This document shows positions 9,522-19,292 of a DNA stretch of 64,000 nt, one piece after another. This stretch comes from Candidatus Pacearchaeota archaeon (GTDB lineage: Archaea > Nanobdellota > Nanobdellia > Pacearchaeales > GW2011-AR1): the NCBI GenBank assembly GCA_041649755.1, contig JBAZMK010000001.1, positions 66,826 through 130,825 of the forward strand. The letters are read 5' to 3'. Positions within the stretch are counted from its first letter, which is position 1. Every line of letters starts with the position of its first letter. The notes under the pieces were generated by a model. The model worked only from the letters and a program-made list of their open reading frames with translations. It was not told where the DNA came from and ran no database searches. The position numbers and the translations under genes are program-made.

Positions 9522-10022
9522 ATGGAGAAAAAGGTCTGGAAGTTTACTAATCAGAGAGAATTGAATAAAAAAGAGTTTATTAATTACTTTGAAAGGAAAA
9601 TTTTCAGAACTATCCGAAAATATGGAATGCTCCCAAAAGACAGAATTATTTTACTGAAAAAGTCTGACAATTTAAATTATCTTGTTTTGAAAAGAGTTCT
9701 TGGAGGAAAATTTAAGGTCAAGTTTTCTAATAAACCAAATTTTAGTTCTGAAAATTTAAGCGAATGCGCCGAAAGGATTTTTATAAATATTCTTAAAGGA
9801 AAATTTACTGGACCAAAACCAAAAGATAAAATTTCTCGTCCGCTTTATTTTTTATCTGACAAAGAAATTGAACTTTATGCAAAAATTAAAAATATTTATG
9901 GTGGGAAAAGAAAATCTAATAGAAAGATAGGGAAATTAATTGATAAATTTTCAGAAAAAAATCAGGATATTGAGATTAATATAGTCAATGCAATGGAGAA
10001 AATTTTTAGGAAAGATTTATAA
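9522..10022 (+). CDS. Degenerate TtuA/Ncs6 (PP-loop tRNA thiolase)-like protein
   Basis: FINYFERKIFRTIRKYGML and ISRPLYFLSDKEIELYA resemble TtuA segments; no SGGxDS and no CxxC. Confidence 0.5.
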   Translation: MEKKVWKFTNQRELNKKEFINYFERKIFRTIRKYGMLPKDRIILLKKSDNLNYLVLKRVLGGKFKVKFSNKPNFSSENLSECAERIFINILKGKFTGPKPKDKISRPLYFLSDKEIELYAKIKNIYGGKRKSNRKIGKLIDKFSEKNQDIEINIVNAMEKIFRKDL

Positions 10023-10044
10023 TTAGAATTTTGTAAGTATATGG

Positions 10045-10746
10045 ATGTTGGTGAAGCCTTATATAAAAAAATACGGCGAGTTTTCTGGCTTAGTCGCTTG
10101 GATAGTAGACGGCAATTATATAAGAAATAATTTAGAGATTAATTTCACTAATTTTGGTCAGTACCCTCAATTTAAGTTCATCCCCAAAAATGAAATTTGG
10201 ATTGATAAAGAGAGAAGTCCTGGAGAGGAAAAGTTTTTCATAGATTATATGCTTGCACTACATCGCCTTATTTCCCGAGGGATTAAAAAAAAGGAGGCAG
10301 TTGAACTTGCTGAGAAAATAGAGAAAAAAGAGAGGGCAAAAAAAGAATTAATAAAAAAAGAATTCGGTCTAAGCAAAGATTATCCCCAGTTAATTAAGAA
10401 GATTCATAAAAAGAAAATTATTTCTTACAGCAAAAAGATTAAGGTATGGGTTGTTAACGGAGAAATTGTGCGAAGTTTTTTGTTTATAGATTTTACAGAA
10501 GGAGGTCATGATAAGGTGTATTCTTTTATACCTAAGGGAGAGATATGGATTGATGACGACCTTTCGTTAAAAGAAAGAAAATTCGTTCTTCTCCATGAAA
10601 TTCACGAAAGGAATTTGATGGCTAAGGGTATGGAATACGAATCTGCACATAATGATTCAAGCAAAATAGAGCTTTATTGTAGAACGCATCCGAAGGAAAC
10701 AGACAAGAAAATAAGTGCAGAGATTAAGAAACTAAAGTCCAACTAG
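10045..10746 (+). CDS. Hypothetical protein with internally duplicated domain and HExxE motif
   Basis: W.V.G..+R....+FT..G......FIPK.EIWID occurs twice; LHEIHER only in the second copy. Confidence 0.7.
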   Translation: MLVKPYIKKYGEFSGLVAWIVDGNYIRNNLEINFTNFGQYPQFKFIPKNEIWIDKERSPGEEKFFIDYMLALHRLISRGIKKKEAVELAEKIEKKERAKKELIKKEFGLSKDYPQLIKKIHKKKIISYSKKIKVWVVNGEIVRSFLFIDFTEGGHDKVYSFIPKGEIWIDDDLSLKERKFVLLHEIHERNLMAKGMEYESAHNDSSKIELYCRTHPKETDKKISAEIKKLKSN

Positions 10747-12782
10747 ATGTTTCCTCTTTTTAGCAAATCTTTTAGTTTTGCTTCGTTTGCTTCCCTGTCT
10801 TTTATGTTATAAACCTCATAAACTGGGTTTTCCCCAATTTCTTTTAATTTCCTAACTGATAGATCTCTTATTCCTCTTTTCCTTATGTTTTCTGAGACTA
10901 AAATCTTTCCAGAGTCTGAATCTGATATTCTTTTCGCCAGCGAAATTGTGTTTCCAACCCCTGTATACTCAAGTTTACCTTGATTTTTTGATGCGATGAT
11001 GTCCCCTGAATTTACTCCCATGTTGAATTCTATTTTTTCTTTTGACCTTTTATTATATTCACATAATGCCCCCCACAAGGCAAATGCAACTTTTGAAGCA
11101 AGAACTTCATTGGCGTAAGTTTTTGTAACTACTGGTGAAAAAATGATAAAGATGTAATCGCTCTTCCAATCTACTAAACCCCTCTTTGTATCCAAGTCTC
11201 CGATTAACTTTACCAAAGATTCTTTAGCCTGAGTCCCTAAAGTCCCATAATTCTTTATACTTAATGAAATAATTGCTGATGGATATTTCTCTCCCTTTAA
11301 TACTAGGGCTGATTCTGCACCTGATGTTTTTCCCGAGGTTAAATCCAAGGTTTTTTTATCTGATTTACTTTTTTCATATACAATGTCTTCCACTGATTTT
11401 CGCTTTCCTGAACCTCTGAACTTATCCAAAATTTTACTAAGAAAGTTCTTTTCCTCATGATTGTTTTTCTCATTGAGGTTTGTGGTCTTTTGAGATTTTC
11501 TTAACATAACTATTCCTACTCCACCGAATAAAACTATCAGAAATACCCATAAAACAAGATAGTTTCTAAAACTGCCTTTTTCCAAATCATCGATGGAAAT
11601 TGCTCTTCCTGTAAGCAAAACCTGTTTTGACAGGGAGCTTTCTCCGTCTTCAACTAAAACCTCATATTCTCCTTCAGGTGCTCCCAGATTAAACTTTCTT
11701 TGTTCACCCATTTCCATATTTAGATTTAATTCTTTTGTTTCATTTCCTATCTGGACGCTTATAGTCTTGTTGTAACGGGCATTACCAACATTGGTTACGA
11801 TAAGAACGGAACCTTCAATCTCTAAGTTAACTTTTTGAAGTTCTTTCATTTCTATTTCTCTTTCTTCTCCGAGCTTTTCAAAGAAAACTCTTAATTTCCA
11901 GATTCCTGCAGTAGCGTTTGTAGGAAAATTTACTTTAAAATAATCTTTTGTATTCATTAAGACCTCTCTTTCTTCGCCTGAAGGAGAGATTAATTTTCCC
12001 GAAACTTTTCCACTCATTTCTTTTCCCGATTGGTCAAAGACTTCGGCACTTATTGTAAATTCTCCTCCCGGCGTTGCTACATTATCGGATAATGTTAATA
12101 CGAGTGAAGTAGCTACTTGATTTATGTCAAAAGAAATTCTGGACGAACCAGTGTTTAGCCTTCCCTTGCTTCCTAAATCATAAGCAGTTATGTTAAGATA
12201 ATATGTTCCAGCTTCTAATGTTTCAGAAAGACTAAAAGTGTTCATCATCTGCCCAGATTCAACAGCCTTACTAAAGAAGGATGCTTCAGTAACCTCAATG
12301 AACCCATTAAATAAATCCCCATTTGCTTTTACAGCGTCAACCTTTAAGGTTATTGCTTCTTTTGGATTATAAGATTTTTTATCTAGCGTCGGGGTTATAA
12401 AGATTTTATCTGTGATAGTGAAAACTTTTGTAGAGACTGCATTTTGACCTATATAAGCAATAATCTGACAATTTCCTATAATATCTGTTATGTTTTCTAT
12501 CTCAAGGTCTTCCTCATCTAAAATTTTGAAGGGAAGTTCATATACCGAATCTTTCTCTGTCGGAAAAGACCTTGCAGAAACTTTCGCAAGATTAATTGTT
12601 TTGTTGCTACAAACCAAGTCTATGTTAAAATTCCCACTTTCTTCCCCTCTTACTCCACTTACAGTTACATATAATTTATCTTTTAAATTGTATGTTCCTA
12701 AAGGTTCGGAAATAGACATTTCTGCGAAAACTAATGAAGTTAAAAAAAGCATAATAAGTATTAATCCCAATCTCTTTTTCAT
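10743..12782 (-). CDS. Single-pass membrane protein: signal peptide, Ig-like ectodomain, TM, degenerate class III nucleotidyl cyclase domain
   Basis: Hydrophobic N-terminus; TM YLVLWVFLIVLFGGVGIVML; C-terminal FNMGVNSGDII...YTGVGNTISLAKRISD...GKILVSE. Confidence 0.75.
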   Translation of the reverse strand: MKKRLGLILIMLFLTSLVFAEMSISEPLGTYNLKDKLYVTVSGVRGEESGNFNIDLVCSNKTINLAKVSARSFPTEKDSVYELPFKILDEEDLEIENITDIIGNCQIIAYIGQNAVSTKVFTITDKIFITPTLDKKSYNPKEAITLKVDAVKANGDLFNGFIEVTEASFFSKAVESGQMMNTFSLSETLEAGTYYLNITAYDLGSKGRLNTGSSRISFDINQVATSLVLTLSDNVATPGGEFTISAEVFDQSGKEMSGKVSGKLISPSGEEREVLMNTKDYFKVNFPTNATAGIWKLRVFFEKLGEEREIEMKELQKVNLEIEGSVLIVTNVGNARYNKTISVQIGNETKELNLNMEMGEQRKFNLGAPEGEYEVLVEDGESSLSKQVLLTGRAISIDDLEKGSFRNYLVLWVFLIVLFGGVGIVMLRKSQKTTNLNEKNNHEEKNFLSKILDKFRGSGKRKSVEDIVYEKSKSDKKTLDLTSGKTSGAESALVLKGEKYPSAIISLSIKNYGTLGTQAKESLVKLIGDLDTKRGLVDWKSDYIFIIFSPVVTKTYANEVLASKVAFALWGALCEYNKRSKEKIEFNMGVNSGDIIASKNQGKLEYTGVGNTISLAKRISDSDSGKILVSENIRKRGIRDLSVRKLKEIGENPVYEVYNIKDREANEAKLKDLLKRGNI

Positions 12783-12868
12783 TCTTTAAATATGACAAGA
12801 TACTATTTAAATATTATCGTAAAGCAATCTCATAAACAAATTTATAAATGTCGGGGGGTTAGAGTTTT

Positions 12869-13969
12869 ATGGCAAATAAGGTGACTCCGTGGGAAGTTTC
12901 CGGAGAGGTAGATTATGACAAACTTGTGAAAGAATTTGGGACGATTAAGATTTCTGACAAGATTTATGAGAGAGTAAAAAATTGCCATCCTCTTCTTAGA
13001 AGGAAAATCTACTTTTCACATAGAGATTTTGATAGGTGGCTTAGTGCTTTTGATGAAGGAAAAAAGGTTTCTGTGATAACTGGTAGGGGTCCTTCTGAAA
13101 AAATGCATATTGGACATCTTGTTCCTTTGCTTGTGGCTAAGTCACTTCAGGAGAATTTTGACTGCCCTGTTTTTATACCTATTTCTGATGATGAGAAGTT
13201 TTTTGTAAATGAGAATATAACATTTGAGCAGTCTTTAAAGTTCTCTTATGATAATATTTTAGATATCATAGCCCTTGGTTTTGACCCTGAAAAAACATTT
13301 ATTTTTGAAGATTTCGTTTATACAGACATTTACAAGTATGCGGCAAGGATAGCAAAAAGAATAACTTACTCTACGGCTAAGGCGACGTTTGGGCTTTCTC
13401 CTGAGAAGAATATTGGCTGGTCTTTTTATCCTGCAATGCAGGCTGCACATATTCTGTTCCCCCAGTTCTATTTAAAGGAAAAGCACATTTCGGTGGTTCC
13501 TGTTGGAATTGACCAAGACCCTTTTATAAGGTTGACAAGAGATATTGCTAACCATTCTGATTTTAAACTTGAAAAACCTGCGGCGATTCACGCTAAATTT
13601 ATTCCTTCACTATATGGGGGGATAAAAATGTCATCAAGCGGAGAAGGGGTTATCTTCCTTTCTGATGACCCAAAAACCGTAAAGAAAAAAATAAACAAAT
13701 ATGCTTTTTCCGGCGGTCAGGCAACAATTGAAGAGCACAGAAAGAAAGGGGGAAACGCCGAAATTGATGTTTCCTTTCAATATTTAAAAATGTTTTTTGA
13801 ACCAGATGATAATAAACTTGAAGAAATTAAAAAGAAATATGAGTCGGGAAAGATGCTTTCAGGGGAGTTGAAAGGAATTTTAATTGAGAGAATAAATGAA
13901 TTCTTAAAGGAACACCAAAAGAAGAAGAAAGAAGCTGAAAAAAGAATTGACCAGTTTTTGATTAAATAA
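12869..13969 (+). CDS. trpS: Tryptophanyl-tRNA synthetase (archaeal/eukaryotic type)
   Basis: VTPWEV, TGRGPSEKMHIGH, GIDQDP, KMSSS, KYAFSGG. Confidence 0.97.
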   Translation: MANKVTPWEVSGEVDYDKLVKEFGTIKISDKIYERVKNCHPLLRRKIYFSHRDFDRWLSAFDEGKKVSVITGRGPSEKMHIGHLVPLLVAKSLQENFDCPVFIPISDDEKFFVNENITFEQSLKFSYDNILDIIALGFDPEKTFIFEDFVYTDIYKYAARIAKRITYSTAKATFGLSPEKNIGWSFYPAMQAAHILFPQFYLKEKHISVVPVGIDQDPFIRLTRDIANHSDFKLEKPAAIHAKFIPSLYGGIKMSSSGEGVIFLSDDPKTVKKKINKYAFSGGQATIEEHRKKGGNAEIDVSFQYLKMFFEPDDNKLEEIKKKYESGKMLSGELKGILIERINEFLKEHQKKKKEAEKRIDQFLIK

Positions 13970-13980
13970 CTCTTAAAAAA

Positions 13981-14862
13981 TTAATATTCCTGAATAGAAG
14001 TTGGTTGCTCTTGCTGAGGGGTTTGTTGAACTATTGGTTTTTGGGGTTGTTGAGAGGGCGCTTGTTGAATAGGTGTTGGGAAGCTGGTTACTTCTTCTGC
14101 ACTTTGCTGGGGTTCTACATCTGTATAATCCCCTTCTATCGCGGGAATTTCCCCAATAACAAGCGAAGGGTCAATAACCTCAATTCCTTTTTGCGTTATT
14201 TTCATTCCAATAGCATTCCTCTCGTGGGAGGTTCGTCTCATTTTGGCTATTCTTAAGGCTCTATCTCCAGCTCCAGCGATTCCTGATTCATAAAAAACCG
14301 TAACAGAGTCTGATAAGAATTTTAGCACGTCTGTTTTTGCTAGTTCGCTATTTCCCCCATTCATTTCACTTTCAAGACTTTCATCGGCATAGATACAAGT
14401 CACTTTTAGTCTTTTCATTAAAGAAGATAATTCAAAAATAGTTTGTCTTACTTTTCCGAGGTCGTCAAGATTCATAGCAAGAACTGAGATTGGGTCAAAG
14501 CAAATTCTCCTTATATCATTTTTAGAAATTATTTTAGTCAGTTCTGATTTTAATTCTTCAATTGATGTCTGTGGAGCGAATCTCATAAATTTTATTTTTC
14601 CCATATTATTTAATTTAGTAAAATCCCAGCCGTAAACCATTCCATCTTTTAATATCTCCACGACGTCGGGTTCAAATGAGCAGTAAAGCCCGTTTTCGTT
14701 AAACCTCGTTGCACCATTCCATAAGAATTCTAAGAGAAAAGTAGTTTTTCCTGAACCTGGACCCCCAACAAGAAGATTATCAGAATTTCTTACAAATCCC
14801 CCTTGACAAAGGCGGTCAAAACCCTTTATACCAGTAGGACACCTCTCTATCAAATCACTCAT
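13981..14862 (-). CDS. KaiC/RAD55-like RecA-superfamily ATPase with Pro/Gln-rich tail
   Basis: TGIKGFD, GGPGSGKTTF, SFE, RIAKMR. Confidence 0.88.
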   Translation of the reverse strand: MSDLIERCPTGIKGFDRLCQGGFVRNSDNLLVGGPGSGKTTFLLEFLWNGATRFNENGLYCSFEPDVVEILKDGMVYGWDFTKLNNMGKIKFMRFAPQTSIEELKSELTKIISKNDIRRICFDPISVLAMNLDDLGKVRQTIFELSSLMKRLKVTCIYADESLESEMNGGNSELAKTDVLKFLSDSVTVFYESGIAGAGDRALRIAKMRRTSHERNAIGMKITQKGIEVIDPSLVIGEIPAIEGDYTDVEPQQSAEEVTSFPTPIQQAPSQQPQKPIVQQTPQQEQPTSIQEY

Positions 14863-14932
14863 AAAAATAATTATACTTTCTTATTTATAAACCATTCGGT
14901 TAACTTTAAAAAGAATTCTGATATATAATTGT

Positions 14933-16645
14933 ATGAAAATATTAAGTTTGCATTGTGACTATTTGAAATTTAAGCCTTTGAAAAAAGCGATTAAAAATCC
15001 AGAAGAATTGAAAGGTAAAGAAGAGGTCAATGTTAAAGAACCTTTAGGTGTTTTTGTTGCTGTTGAGAAAATTGATGAATTAAACCCTGACAAAGCTTCT
15101 GATGAGCTCGTTAAAAATGTTTTAGAAATTCTAGAAAAAACTGGAGCGAAAAAAGTCGTCCTTTATCCCTATGCCCATCTCTCCTCAAATTTAGCCGACT
15201 CCGATACAGCTCTTCTCGTCTTAATTGAGTCTGAAACTAAATTGAAAAAAAAGAAGATTGAAGTTTATCGTGCCCCTTTTGGCTATTATAAAGAATTTGA
15301 ATTGAAATGTAAGGGCCATCCTCTGGCGGAATTATCAAGAGAAATTGGCGGAGAAGAAAAGGTGATAGAGATAAGCAACAAAAAAGAAGATTATGATGAA
15401 AAAAAACTCTTAAGGCAGATTGCTAAATCAAAACTTGACACTTCAAAACTTAAAGAAAATGACCACAGAATTTTAGGGCAGAAGCTGGATTTGTTTTCTT
15501 TTAACGAAGTCGCACCCGGAATGGTTTTCTGGCATAATAAAGGATTAATCATTTATAACGAGCTTGCTGAATTTTGGAGAGAAGTCCATAGAAGAAATGG
15601 CTATCAGGAGATAAAAACACCTCAGATAATGGATTCAAAGGTTTGGAAAATTTCGGGTCATTGGGACAAATATAAAGAGAATAATTTTGTTACTAATTAT
15701 GAGAATCGGGATTTTCTTGTGAAACCTATGAGTTGCCCTGGCGGATTGCTTGTTTTCAAAAACTCTCCTAAATCTTACAAAGACCTTCCTTTGAGGGTTG
15801 GAGAGCTTGGAGTTGTCCACAGGTGTGAATTATCAGGAGTTTTGGCAGGGCTTTTTAGAGTTATTCAATTTACACAAGATGATGCTCATGTTTTTTGCAC
15901 AGAGGAGCAAGTGGAAGATGAGGTTTCAAAATTGATGGATTTAGTTGATTTTGTATATAAGAAATTTGGTTTTGAATACAAGGTGGAATTGTCTACCCGT
16001 CCTGAAAAAAGGATTGGTGATGAGAAAATTTGGGACTTGTCAGAAAGTATCTTAAAGAAAGTTCTTGAGAAGAAAAAGATTAAATTTAAGATTAACGAAG
16101 GGGATGGGGCTTTTTATGGTCCAAAAATTGATTTTCATTTAACAGATTCTTTAAAAAGAACATGGCAGTGCGGAACTATTCAGCTTGACTTTTCAATGCC
16201 AGAGAGGTTTGAAATATCTTATATTGATAAAGATAATGAAAAGAAACGTCCAGTTATGCTTCATAATGCTATTTATGGCTCATTAGAGAGGTTTGCAGGG
16301 ATACTATTAGAGCATACTAATGGAGCTCTTCCTCTTTGGCTGTCTCCTGTTCAAGTGCGTGTTTTGAGTTTTACTGACAGAAATATAGAAAAGGCAAAAG
16401 AATTTTTTGATAAATTGAAGGAAGAAGGAATTCGGGCAGATTTTGATTTTGACTCAACAACTGTTAATGACAAAGTAAGAAATGCAGAAATGATGAAAAT
16501 TCCTTATATTATAACTATCGGAGATAAGGAAGAAGAAAAAGAGACTCTTGCTGTTCGTGAAAGGGGAGAAAAGAAACTGAGATTTGACGTTAAATTGGAA
16601 GAATTTGTTAAAGAAGTAAAAGAAAAGGTTTCTAAAAGAATTTAG
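14933..16645 (+). CDS. thrS: Threonyl-tRNA synthetase (archaeal-type N-terminal editing domain + class II core)
   Basis: YPYAHLS, APFGYYKEF..KCKGHPLAELSR, KPMSCP, GLFRVIQFTQDDAH, GAFYGPKID. Confidence 0.97.
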   Translation: MKILSLHCDYLKFKPLKKAIKNPEELKGKEEVNVKEPLGVFVAVEKIDELNPDKASDELVKNVLEILEKTGAKKVVLYPYAHLSSNLADSDTALLVLIESETKLKKKKIEVYRAPFGYYKEFELKCKGHPLAELSREIGGEEKVIEISNKKEDYDEKKLLRQIAKSKLDTSKLKENDHRILGQKLDLFSFNEVAPGMVFWHNKGLIIYNELAEFWREVHRRNGYQEIKTPQIMDSKVWKISGHWDKYKENNFVTNYENRDFLVKPMSCPGGLLVFKNSPKSYKDLPLRVGELGVVHRCELSGVLAGLFRVIQFTQDDAHVFCTEEQVEDEVSKLMDLVDFVYKKFGFEYKVELSTRPEKRIGDEKIWDLSESILKKVLEKKKIKFKINEGDGAFYGPKIDFHLTDSLKRTWQCGTIQLDFSMPERFEISYIDKDNEKKRPVMLHNAIYGSLERFAGILLEHTNGALPLWLSPVQVRVLSFTDRNIEKAKEFFDKLKEEGIRADFDFDSTTVNDKVRNAEMMKIPYIITIGDKEEEKETLAVRERGEKKLRFDVKLEEFVKEVKEKVSKRI

Positions 16646-16725
16646 TTCTATAAGGGGCGACTTAAAACATTAAAAATAGGGGTTCGCTTTTACGCAAGGA
16701 GAATTTTGAAAGAGTAGAGAAAAAA

Positions 16726-17280
16726 TTAAAACTTAACTTGGGGCATCGCTCTCGATTCTTCAGGAATCTGAAGATAATCTTTTTTACCGAACTTGTAAAG
16801 AGAAGCGAACCATTTTCCAGGAATTGTTGTCTGAAGGATATTGTAACTCATTATTCCGTCGTTAAAGTATTGTCTTGCGTAAGCTATCTTGTTTTCAATT
16901 GCGGAAATTTCCTGCTGGAAATGTAAGAAGTTCTCATTTGCCTTAAGATTTGGATAATTTTCTGCGACTGCAAAAAGTCTTCCTAATGCTCCTTCAAGCT
17001 TGTTGCCAGCTTTTATTTTTGACTGCAAATCTTTTGCTCCAATTAAAGATTTTCTTGCGTTCGTTACTTCCGTTATGACTGCCTTCTCATGTTTCATATA
17101 ACCCTTAACAGATTCTATTAAACTTGGAACGAGGTCTGCTCTTTTCTTTAATTGAACATCAATTTGGGCTAGAGAATTATCTATTTGATTAGATAAGGTG
17201 ACAAAACGATTGTAGTATATAAATAGTATTATGGCCAAAACAAGAACTATCCCGATTAATATCCAAATTATGAAAGCCAT
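16726..17280 (-). CDS. lemA: LemA family protein
   Basis: N-terminal TM; IDVQLKKRADLVP, AENYPNLKAN, ENKIAYARQYFN. Confidence 0.95.
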   Translation of the reverse strand: MAFIIWILIGIVLVLAIILFIYYNRFVTLSNQIDNSLAQIDVQLKKRADLVPSLIESVKGYMKHEKAVITEVTNARKSLIGAKDLQSKIKAGNKLEGALGRLFAVAENYPNLKANENFLHFQQEISAIENKIAYARQYFNDGIMSYNILQTTIPGKWFASLYKFGKKDYLQIPEESRAMPQVKF

Positions 17281-17330
17281 AACCTCTTCAAGCGGGTTAA
17301 GTTTATAAATCTTGTGGGATTAGAAAAGAG

Positions 17331-17501
17331 ATGGTCAGTAAAAAAAGAGCCGTGGCGATTACGATAGGAATTTTAATTATTCTTTTGCTTTTAGCTGCTG
17401 TTGCTTATTTTTCTGGGGTGACTGGAAATGTGATAACAAGCCCTGCAATTATTTTAACGATTTTAAAGAATAACAAAAAGGAGGTAAAATGCATAAGATA
17501 A
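17331..17501 (+). CDS. Small membrane/secreted peptide, 56 aa (missed by ORF track)
   Basis: MVSKKRAVAITIGILIILLLLAAVAYFSGVTGNVITSP...; basic N-region plus hydrophobic helix; TTTATAAA upstream. Confidence 0.5.
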   Translation: MVSKKRAVAITIGILIILLLLAAVAYFSGVTGNVITSPAIILTILKNNKKEVKCIR

Positions 17502-17671
17502 GTGTTGATAGAAACAAATGTATCGGGTGTGGAGCTTGTGTTGCAACCTGCCCTAAATCTTTTAAGTTAGACGGGGGGAAAGCAAAACCTAAGAAAGCCG
17601 AAGTAGGGGAAATAACCTGTGAAAAAGAAGCGGAAGAAGGCTGTCCTGTTGGTGCTATAAAAGTTATATAG
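17489..17671 (+). CDS. Single-cluster ferredoxin
   Basis: CIGCGACVATCP...CPVGAI; GGAGGT Shine-Dalgarno upstream. Confidence 0.92.
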   Translation: MHKISVDRNKCIGCGACVATCPKSFKLDGGKAKPKKAEVGEITCEKEAEEGCPVGAIKVI

Positions 17672-17682
17672 CTTTTTAATAG

Positions 17683-18828
17683 TTAATCTTCCTCAATTTG
17701 CGGATATTCGTGCAAATTACCTTCAAAGTTTTTCATTATAACTTTTTTACTATTTATCTCCTGAATATAGTTTGGAATTGCAGGGACCTTTCCACCTCCT
17801 CCAGGGGCATCTATTACATAAGTAGGGACACATAAACCAGAAGTGTGACCCCGGATTGCTTTGTAGATTTCTTGTCCTTTTTCAACCCTTGTCCTAAAAT
17901 GGTTAGTTCCTCTGACTGGGTCTGCCTGATAGATATAATAAGGTCTGACCCTCATACTGACTAACCCCTGCATTAATTCTTTCATAACATTTGGGTCGTC
18001 ATTTACACCTTTTAATAAAACTGTCTGACATCCAACTGGGATACCTGAATCTGCGAGCATTTCACAAGCTCTTCGACTTTCGGGAGTGATTTCGTTAGGG
18101 TGATTAAAGTGGGTGTTGATATAAATGGGGTGATACTTTTTTAGAATATCGCATAATTGAGGAGTTATTCTTTGGGGGAGAACGCAGGGTATTCTCGTTC
18201 CAATACGAATGATAGAGTTTTTACGTTCTTTTAAGATTTTATAAATGGAACTTATTATTCTCTCTAAAATATTATCACTTAGCATAAACGGGTCTCCTCC
18301 GGAAAGTAAAACGTCGCGAATTTCCAAGTGACTTTTTATATAATTCAGGCCTTCAATTACTTCTTTCCATGTGGGTTGTTTGTTGATATCGCCGACCTTT
18401 CTTTTTCGTGTACAGAAACGGCAATACATTGCACATTTATTAGAAACCCTAAATAAAACTCTGTCTGGATATCTGTGGGTTATAAGTGATGGGACATTTA
18501 CTCTTTTTTGATGCTCAGGTTCTTCGTTAAGCGGGTCCTCACAGCCAAAAGAATCAGAAAGTTCTTCTTTAGATGGAATACATTGCTTGTAAATCGGGTC
18601 ATTTTTTTCTTTAATAAGGGAAAGATAATAGGGATTGATAAGGGCAGGATACTTTTTACAAACTTCTTTTATTTCCTGTTCTGGTAGACCTAAAAGGTAT
18701 GAAATTGAACATGGGCTTGAAAGGCTTTTTGACAAGATGCTTTTCCATTCAGGGATAACTAAAGCAACATTATTGGGATTAGGAGGTTCATCCTCTTCAC
18801 ACCCAGAGAATTCTACTATACTGCCCAT
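17683..18828 (-). CDS. KamA-family radical SAM enzyme (lysine 2,3-aminomutase-like)
   Basis: THRYPDRVL, CAMYCRFCTRKR, LLSGGDP, THFNHP, YVIDAPGGGGK. Confidence 0.92.
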   Translation of the reverse strand: MGSIVEFSGCEEDEPPNPNNVALVIPEWKSILSKSLSSPCSISYLLGLPEQEIKEVCKKYPALINPYYLSLIKEKNDPIYKQCIPSKEELSDSFGCEDPLNEEPEHQKRVNVPSLITHRYPDRVLFRVSNKCAMYCRFCTRKRKVGDINKQPTWKEVIEGLNYIKSHLEIRDVLLSGGDPFMLSDNILERIISSIYKILKERKNSIIRIGTRIPCVLPQRITPQLCDILKKYHPIYINTHFNHPNEITPESRRACEMLADSGIPVGCQTVLLKGVNDDPNVMKELMQGLVSMRVRPYYIYQADPVRGTNHFRTRVEKGQEIYKAIRGHTSGLCVPTYVIDAPGGGGKVPAIPNYIQEINSKKVIMKNFEGNLHEYPQIEED

Positions 18829-18926
18829 CTAATGATGATAGATACAAATGAGTAAGTTTATAAATATTTCTCTAAAGAGTTTTGGTCGTTCAAAAAATTT
18901 ATAAACCTCAGTTAACTATAGTTAAC

Positions 18927-19292
18927 ATGTATCTGCTACCTCAGGAAATAGAAGTTTGGTATATCATACCTGCAGTAAGGAAAGAGTTAGCGATGCTTCT
19001 GATTAGTGAATATAGATTAAGTTACGAAAAGACGGGGGACACTCTCGGGGTCAGTAAAGCAGCAGTTTCTCAGTATGTGTCTAATAAAAGAGCTAATAAA
19101 ATTAAACTAAGTGATGAGGTAAAAAAAGAAATTAAAAAGTCTTCTAAAGTAATTTATGAAAACCCCCGAATGGCTGTTTTAGAAATTCAAAGAATTCTCA
19201 AATTTATGAAAGATACGAGCTGTTCTTGTAACGTCTGCAAAAGGTATAATAAAGAAGTAATTAAATATTGCAATTGTGAGCCGAGGTACTGA
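18927..19292 (+). CDS. HTH transcriptional regulator with C-terminal Cys cluster
   Basis: PQEIEVWYIIPAVRKELA, LGVSKAAVSQY...KR; ATG at 18927 lies downstream of TTTATAAA. Confidence 0.85.
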   Translation: MYLLPQEIEVWYIIPAVRKELAMLLISEYRLSYEKTGDTLGVSKAAVSQYVSNKRANKIKLSDEVKKEIKKSSKVIYENPRMAVLEIQRILKFMKDTSCSCNVCKRYNKEVIKYCNCEPRY

